NCBI GenBank assembly: GCA_027001995.1 | Contig: JALTLO010000156.1 | Coordinates: 21,776 to 32,392, forward strand | Direction of reading: 5' to 3' | Length of the DNA stretch: 10,617 bases | Source of the DNA: Planctomycetota bacterium | GTDB taxonomy: Bacteria > Planctomycetota > GCA-002687715 > DRQF01 | Part shown: piece by piece, positions 7,211 to 10,617 of the stretch | How the letters are laid out: every line of letters begins with the position of its first letter | Position numbering within the stretch: the stretch's first letter is position 1 | Program-made: the position numbers and the translations under genes | The notes under the pieces: model-generated | What the model was told of the DNA's origin: nothing | The model's database searches: none | Seen by the model: the letters and a program-made list of their open reading frames with translations, nothing else

Positions 7211-8505
7211 TGGCCCATTGGTCGAATAATGTGAGCGGCCCATTTCGCTGAACCAACTGCCGCTCTAACGGTCTTCATGATTCGTTCAGCGTCCATTTTC
7301 ATCAATTCTTTTCCGTGTCCCAGGTAAGAAGCCCCTTTCACATGGCAATCAATCAGGTTCCAGCAGGAAGTGCTTACCGAGTCGAGACCCCGAATGAAGC
7401 TACCATAGAATTTACGCTTCGCCCGCCTCAAGTCCGCAGGCTTAGGTCCTTCCTTCAAGACCCGAGCCATTCCCTCCATGAGTGCTTTCTCCAACTTTTC
7501 TGGTACTGGAGTATCCCCTGCCAACATGAGGAATGCGAATTCCCGCTCGACAGAAGCTGAAAAGCCAAAGCTATCGTCGATCAGATTCGCCCGATAGAGT
7601 TGGGAATGAAAGTCTGTTCCTTTGCTCAAGACAGATGATAAGAAAAGGTCAAAGCACATTTCGACTTCCCCGAGAGTAACACCCAGGGAATTCGGATCGA
7701 ACTGGCAGCCCAAATGCAATTTGGGACCAACAACCGACATGTTTTCTACCATGCGCCTCTTCTTCGGCACCTTCCGGGGTCTCTTTTGGTGACGGGTAAA
7801 AGAAACCGTATCAGGGATATTTTTGCTGATGATCGCCTCGGCAAGATCGCAAACTTGGTTGGGATCACAATCCCCAGCGACGGCCAATTGCATGTTCTTT
7901 GGGGAATAGAAAGTACGGTGACACAAGTAAAGATCATCGGAGGTGATCAATTGGATGCTCTCAACTGTTCCAGCGATGTCAACGGCAACTGGGTGGTTGA
8001 AATAGAGCGACTCTAAGACCCCCATGTATCCCCGCCAGGAAGGATCATCCCGATACATGTTGATCTCTTCCGCGATAATCCCCTTCTCTTTGTCAACCAA
8101 CTTCGGCGTGAACCAGGGACGAGTGACGAAATCAACCAGAATGCCAAGACTCTCGTTGAATCTTTCCGAACACTCAATGAGATATCCTGTGTGGTTGAAA
8201 CTCGTCATGGCATTACTTGAACAGCCCAAAGCCGCAAGCTTGTCCATAACATCGCCGTCCTCTTTTTCGAACATCTTGTGCTCAAGAAAATGAGCAATAC
8301 CCGCAGGTAACCTCTGACGCTTCTTGCTCAAGCTTGTGCTGAAATCGTTGTCAATGGAACCGTAGTTAGTCCCCAAGAGAGCGTACTTCTTACCAAAACC
8401 CTTCTTCACTGCGATCTTGACTGTCAATCCACAGTCTAACACCCGGTGATGGATAGTTTCGCCAACGCCCTTCTCTATCCAGTTGCCAGCTTCAGCTTTC
8501 TTCAT
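7207..8505 (-). CDS. ymfH: M16B metallopeptidase, zinc-motif subunit (YmfH-like; family annotated as EF-P 5-aminopentanol modification-associated)
   Basis: YGSIDNDF...PAGIAHFLEHKMFE with the inverted zincin motif HxxEH at 8278-8292; NAMTS; EKGIIAEEI carrying the third zinc ligand; HPVAVDIAGTVESI; TFYSP.NM. Strong AAGGAGGT RBS upstream. Confidence 0.88.
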   Translation of the reverse strand: MKKAEAGNWIEKGVGETIHHRVLDCGLTVKIAVKKGFGKKYALLGTNYGSIDNDFSTSLSKKRQRLPAGIAHFLEHKMFEKEDGDVMDKLAALGCSSNAMTSFNHTGYLIECSERFNESLGILVDFVTRPWFTPKLVDKEKGIIAEEINMYRDDPSWRGYMGVLESLYFNHPVAVDIAGTVESIQLITSDDLYLCHRTFYSPKNMQLAVAGDCDPNQVCDLAEAIISKNIPDTVSFTRHQKRPRKVPKKRRMVENMSVVGPKLHLGCQFDPNSLGVTLGEVEMCFDLFLSSVLSKGTDFHSQLYRANLIDDSFGFSASVEREFAFLMLAGDTPVPEKLEKALMEGMARVLKEGPKPADLRRAKRKFYGSFIRGLDSVSTSCWNLIDCHVKGASYLGHGKELMKMDAERIMKTVRAAVGSAKWAAHIIRPMGQ

Positions 8506-9796
8506 GAGCTACCTCCTTCGGAGAGAGCGTGAAAATAGTATCCAAGCGCATGCGCTCCATGATATTGGCAATCTTCGATTTCTTGACCGATGTATAGCGG
8601 TCAAAGAGAGACGATGCCGTTTTGTCTTTGCGCCCCCCTAACATCTGTCCCATGTGAAAATTGATCATGGAATCGGGAGAATCGCTCAAGGACGAAAAGT
8701 GTTTCCTCAGTGTGGCATAAACGGGCTGCAAATCATCGTCAGAGAACCGCCCCTTCGCCAGGGCACGGACTTGAGCCCGGACAATCTTCACAACTTCTTC
8801 GACATTCGTAACGTCCACCCCGGCACTGACGGCACAAACCCCATTGGAGGCATCCATCCCCGATCCAATAGAATAAGCAAGACTTCTTTTCTCCCGCACT
8901 TCCCTAAAGAGCTTAGAGGAGGAAACACCGCCCAAAAGCATGTCCGCAAGAACTGCCCCGTAAGCATCGTTGCGGCGATTGTATTTCTCAACACGATAAC
9001 CCATGGCCAAACGTCCCTGGGTTAGATTTTCGCGTTCAGAAACCCGCTGAAGACGTTTGCGAATGGGAGGAGACTTAAGAGTCTTGGACACCCACTCCCC
9101 CCGAGACTTCAAAGTCAATTTCGCCTTGAGAATCTTCTTGATCTCCGAAGTCTTGCGGGGCGAAATCGCATAGATAAACAAAGGAGATTCGGCGACGAAC
9201 TGAGTTAACTCAGCGGCGACACCTTCCGGCGTCAAGCTGGCGACCTCTTCCGGAAGCCCAAACGCTGGCCGACCAAAGGGATGGTCACCAAACATGGCTC
9301 GAACCATTTGTTGGTTGGCGTACTGCCCCTTGTTGTCGGTTTGAGAAGCGATCGCGCGGAGAAGGTTGCGTTTCTCTCGGTCGAAGTCTTCAATGTCGAA
9401 ATCCTTTCGAGCCAAGAAAGGGTCGCTAAGAAGCTCGCTCACGTAACCTAGAACATGGGCGAGACGATCACTTTTGCCTGGTGCGTAGTCGGCAGCGATC
9501 GTTGACCCTCGTAGCACCATGACATGTTGGCCGAAAGACTTGGTTACGAAAGAACCAACACTGGCGCCAAATTGATCTTGCATGAAACGGGACACACGAT
9601 CCATCCCTTTCATTTTGCCATGACCATGGCGCAAGAGGTACGCTGCCAAAGCGCGGGCGGCCAAAGGGCCACGGAGATCACCAAAGAAGACGAGTTTCAA
9701 CACCTCAGTTTTCCACTTGGAGGACCGATGGTGAAGCAACTTGATTCCGGGCCGAATCGTGCTCTCTTTGAATTCAAAGTCTATGGTTTTCGTCAC
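8492..9796 (-). CDS. ymfF: M16B peptidase, non-catalytic subunit (YmfF-like)
   Basis: No HxxEH (AYLLRHG occupies the equivalent region); FDREKRNL; LLGG..SSKLFREVREKRSLAYSIGS carrying the R/Y pair; C-terminal LDTIFTL. GTG start with a weak RBS; overlaps ymfH by 14 nt. Confidence 0.82.
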   Translation of the reverse strand: MTKTIDFEFKESTIRPGIKLLHHRSSKWKTEVLKLVFFGDLRGPLAARALAAYLLRHGHGKMKGMDRVSRFMQDQFGASVGSFVTKSFGQHVMVLRGSTIAADYAPGKSDRLAHVLGYVSELLSDPFLARKDFDIEDFDREKRNLLRAIASQTDNKGQYANQQMVRAMFGDHPFGRPAFGLPEEVASLTPEGVAAELTQFVAESPLFIYAISPRKTSEIKKILKAKLTLKSRGEWVSKTLKSPPIRKRLQRVSERENLTQGRLAMGYRVEKYNRRNDAYGAVLADMLLGGVSSSKLFREVREKRSLAYSIGSGMDASNGVCAVSAGVDVTNVEEVVKIVRAQVRALAKGRFSDDDLQPVYATLRKHFSSLSDSPDSMINFHMGQMLGGRKDKTASSLFDRYTSVKKSKIANIMERMRLDTIFTLSPKEVAHEES

Positions 9797-9948
9797 TCAG
9801 TTGTGCTTTCTTAGATCTATTTAGAGAAACAGCGCAATCACCACGATTGTCGTCAAACGACGAACAAGTCAGGCTGTGAGGAGTCTACTCGCAAGTGACC
9901 AATTCGGAAAGATGCCAACCGAGAGCGAAGGCTGAGAGTTTTCGATTT

Positions 9949-9962
9949 TATTGACATCAATA
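9949..9962. promoter_or_regulatory. Palindrome TATTGA-CA-TCAATA containing a consensus TTGACA; candidate operator or -35
   Basis: Perfect 6-2-6 inverted repeat near the middle of the 343-bp divergent intergenic region; only a weak -10 (CGTACT) lies 18 nt downstream. Confidence 0.35.
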
Positions 9963-10139
9963 TGCCATTTGATTCGTACTGAGTCCGACTCGTTCATGAG
10001 ATCCCGGTCCGTGCCTCAAAAATATCGTTTTGATTCACCCCATGGTCTCTTTTCTCGTTGTTTGAACCCCCGAAATCTTCGTGGTTGGGGTCTTGTGCTC
10101 TGTCCATGTTAAAACCACCGCGGACAAGCGGAGAAACAC

Positions 10140-10617
10140 ATGATGATTCGAATTCTAAGCCCACTACTCTTGATCCTCTACATCTTCATCCCCATGGGCA
10201 TGAGTCAGACGACACACCCCACGAGTAGACCCAAGAGCCAGCCAACAGTCAAGGGCACCACCCATGTCTTGGCAGCGACAACGAAACCCCACAAATCGAT
10301 GCCAGAGGCGCTCCAACTGTTCGAAAAGGCCAAGAACTACCAGGCCAAAAACATCAAACCGGGGCAAATTACGAGTTTTCATGGCAAATTCGCCTTCCGC
10401 GTCAGAATTCCGGCCACTCAAGATAAACCTGAACAGGTGGTCGAAGGCGACTACGACCAGAAATGGGCCTTTCGGATGGAAGGTGGCAAGAGAAAATTCG
10501 CCTACAGACGAACCATTGACGCCGACCTTTCAGACTGGAAATCAACTCTGGTTTGTGACTTTGAAGACGATGTTTTTGGTTACGACGGCAACCGCGCCAT
10601 TGTCGTCCGGGGCGCAG
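10140..10617 (+). CDS. Secreted hypothetical protein, possibly LolA-like fold; 3' end lies outside the window
   Basis: Absent from the ORF track because there is no stop in the window. GGAG precedes ATG 10140 and the frame is open to the end: MMIRILSPLLLILYIFIPMGMS-QTTHPTSRPKSQPT...EALQLFEKAKNYQ...ITSFHGKFAFRV...FGYDGNRAIVVRGA. This reads as signal peptide, P/T/S linker, helix, then beta-strands. Confidence 0.8.
   Translation, partial: MMIRILSPLLLILYIFIPMGMSQTTHPTSRPKSQPTVKGTTHVLAATTKPHKSMPEALQLFEKAKNYQAKNIKPGQITSFHGKFAFRVRIPATQDKPEQVVEGDYDQKWAFRMEGGKRKFAYRRTIDADLSDWKSTLVCDFEDDVFGYDGNRAIVVRGA

Noticed and set aside
5744..9796. RiPP cluster idea: M16 pair as AlbE/AlbF- or PqqF-like maturase, MiaA as peptide prenyltransferase, repeat lipoprotein as precursor
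   Set aside because: No radical SAM or YcaO enzyme or exporter in the window; MiaA keeps its tRNA-enzyme motifs; the lipoprotein is exported and convergently transcribed.
10066..10126. Alternative pairings upstream of the 10140 RBS as a riboswitch
   Set aside because: Stems are short or mismatched, do not cover the GGAG, and match no aptamer consensus I recognise.
10164..10421. 85-aa minus-strand ORF
   Set aside because: Antisense to the better-supported plus-strand secreted protein starting at 10140.
1..10617. CRISPR array, tRNA/rRNA, IS, integrase or prophage genes
   Set aside because: No regularly spaced repeats, cloverleaf signatures or transposase/integrase/phage motifs seen; coding space is accounted for by the listed genes.

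Overview
A bacterial housekeeping and cell-envelope region of roughly balanced GC content. It is probably from a Planctomycetota-like genome; that is inferred from protein motifs and not verified. In order it contains: a 5'-truncated DegP/HtrA protease (+); a secreted PcRGLX/YetA-like putative lyase (-); nadD (+); a hisS of the eukaryote/Bacteroidetes/spirochaete-like type (-); an orphan lipoprotein with an internal duplication (+); an overlapping three-gene unit ymfF-ymfH-miaA (-); and a 3'-truncated secreted protein missing from the ORF track (+). I see no mobile element, CRISPR array, tRNA or rRNA. The best candidate for an undescribed system is the M16B peptidase pair translationally coupled to miaA, which sits where Bacillus has ymfI. 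Smaller signals are an RBS-occluding hairpin, a perfect 16-bp inverted repeat without a U-tract, a degenerate PDZ patch and a palindrome overlapping a TTGACA. Family assignments come from motif recognition, not from database searches.
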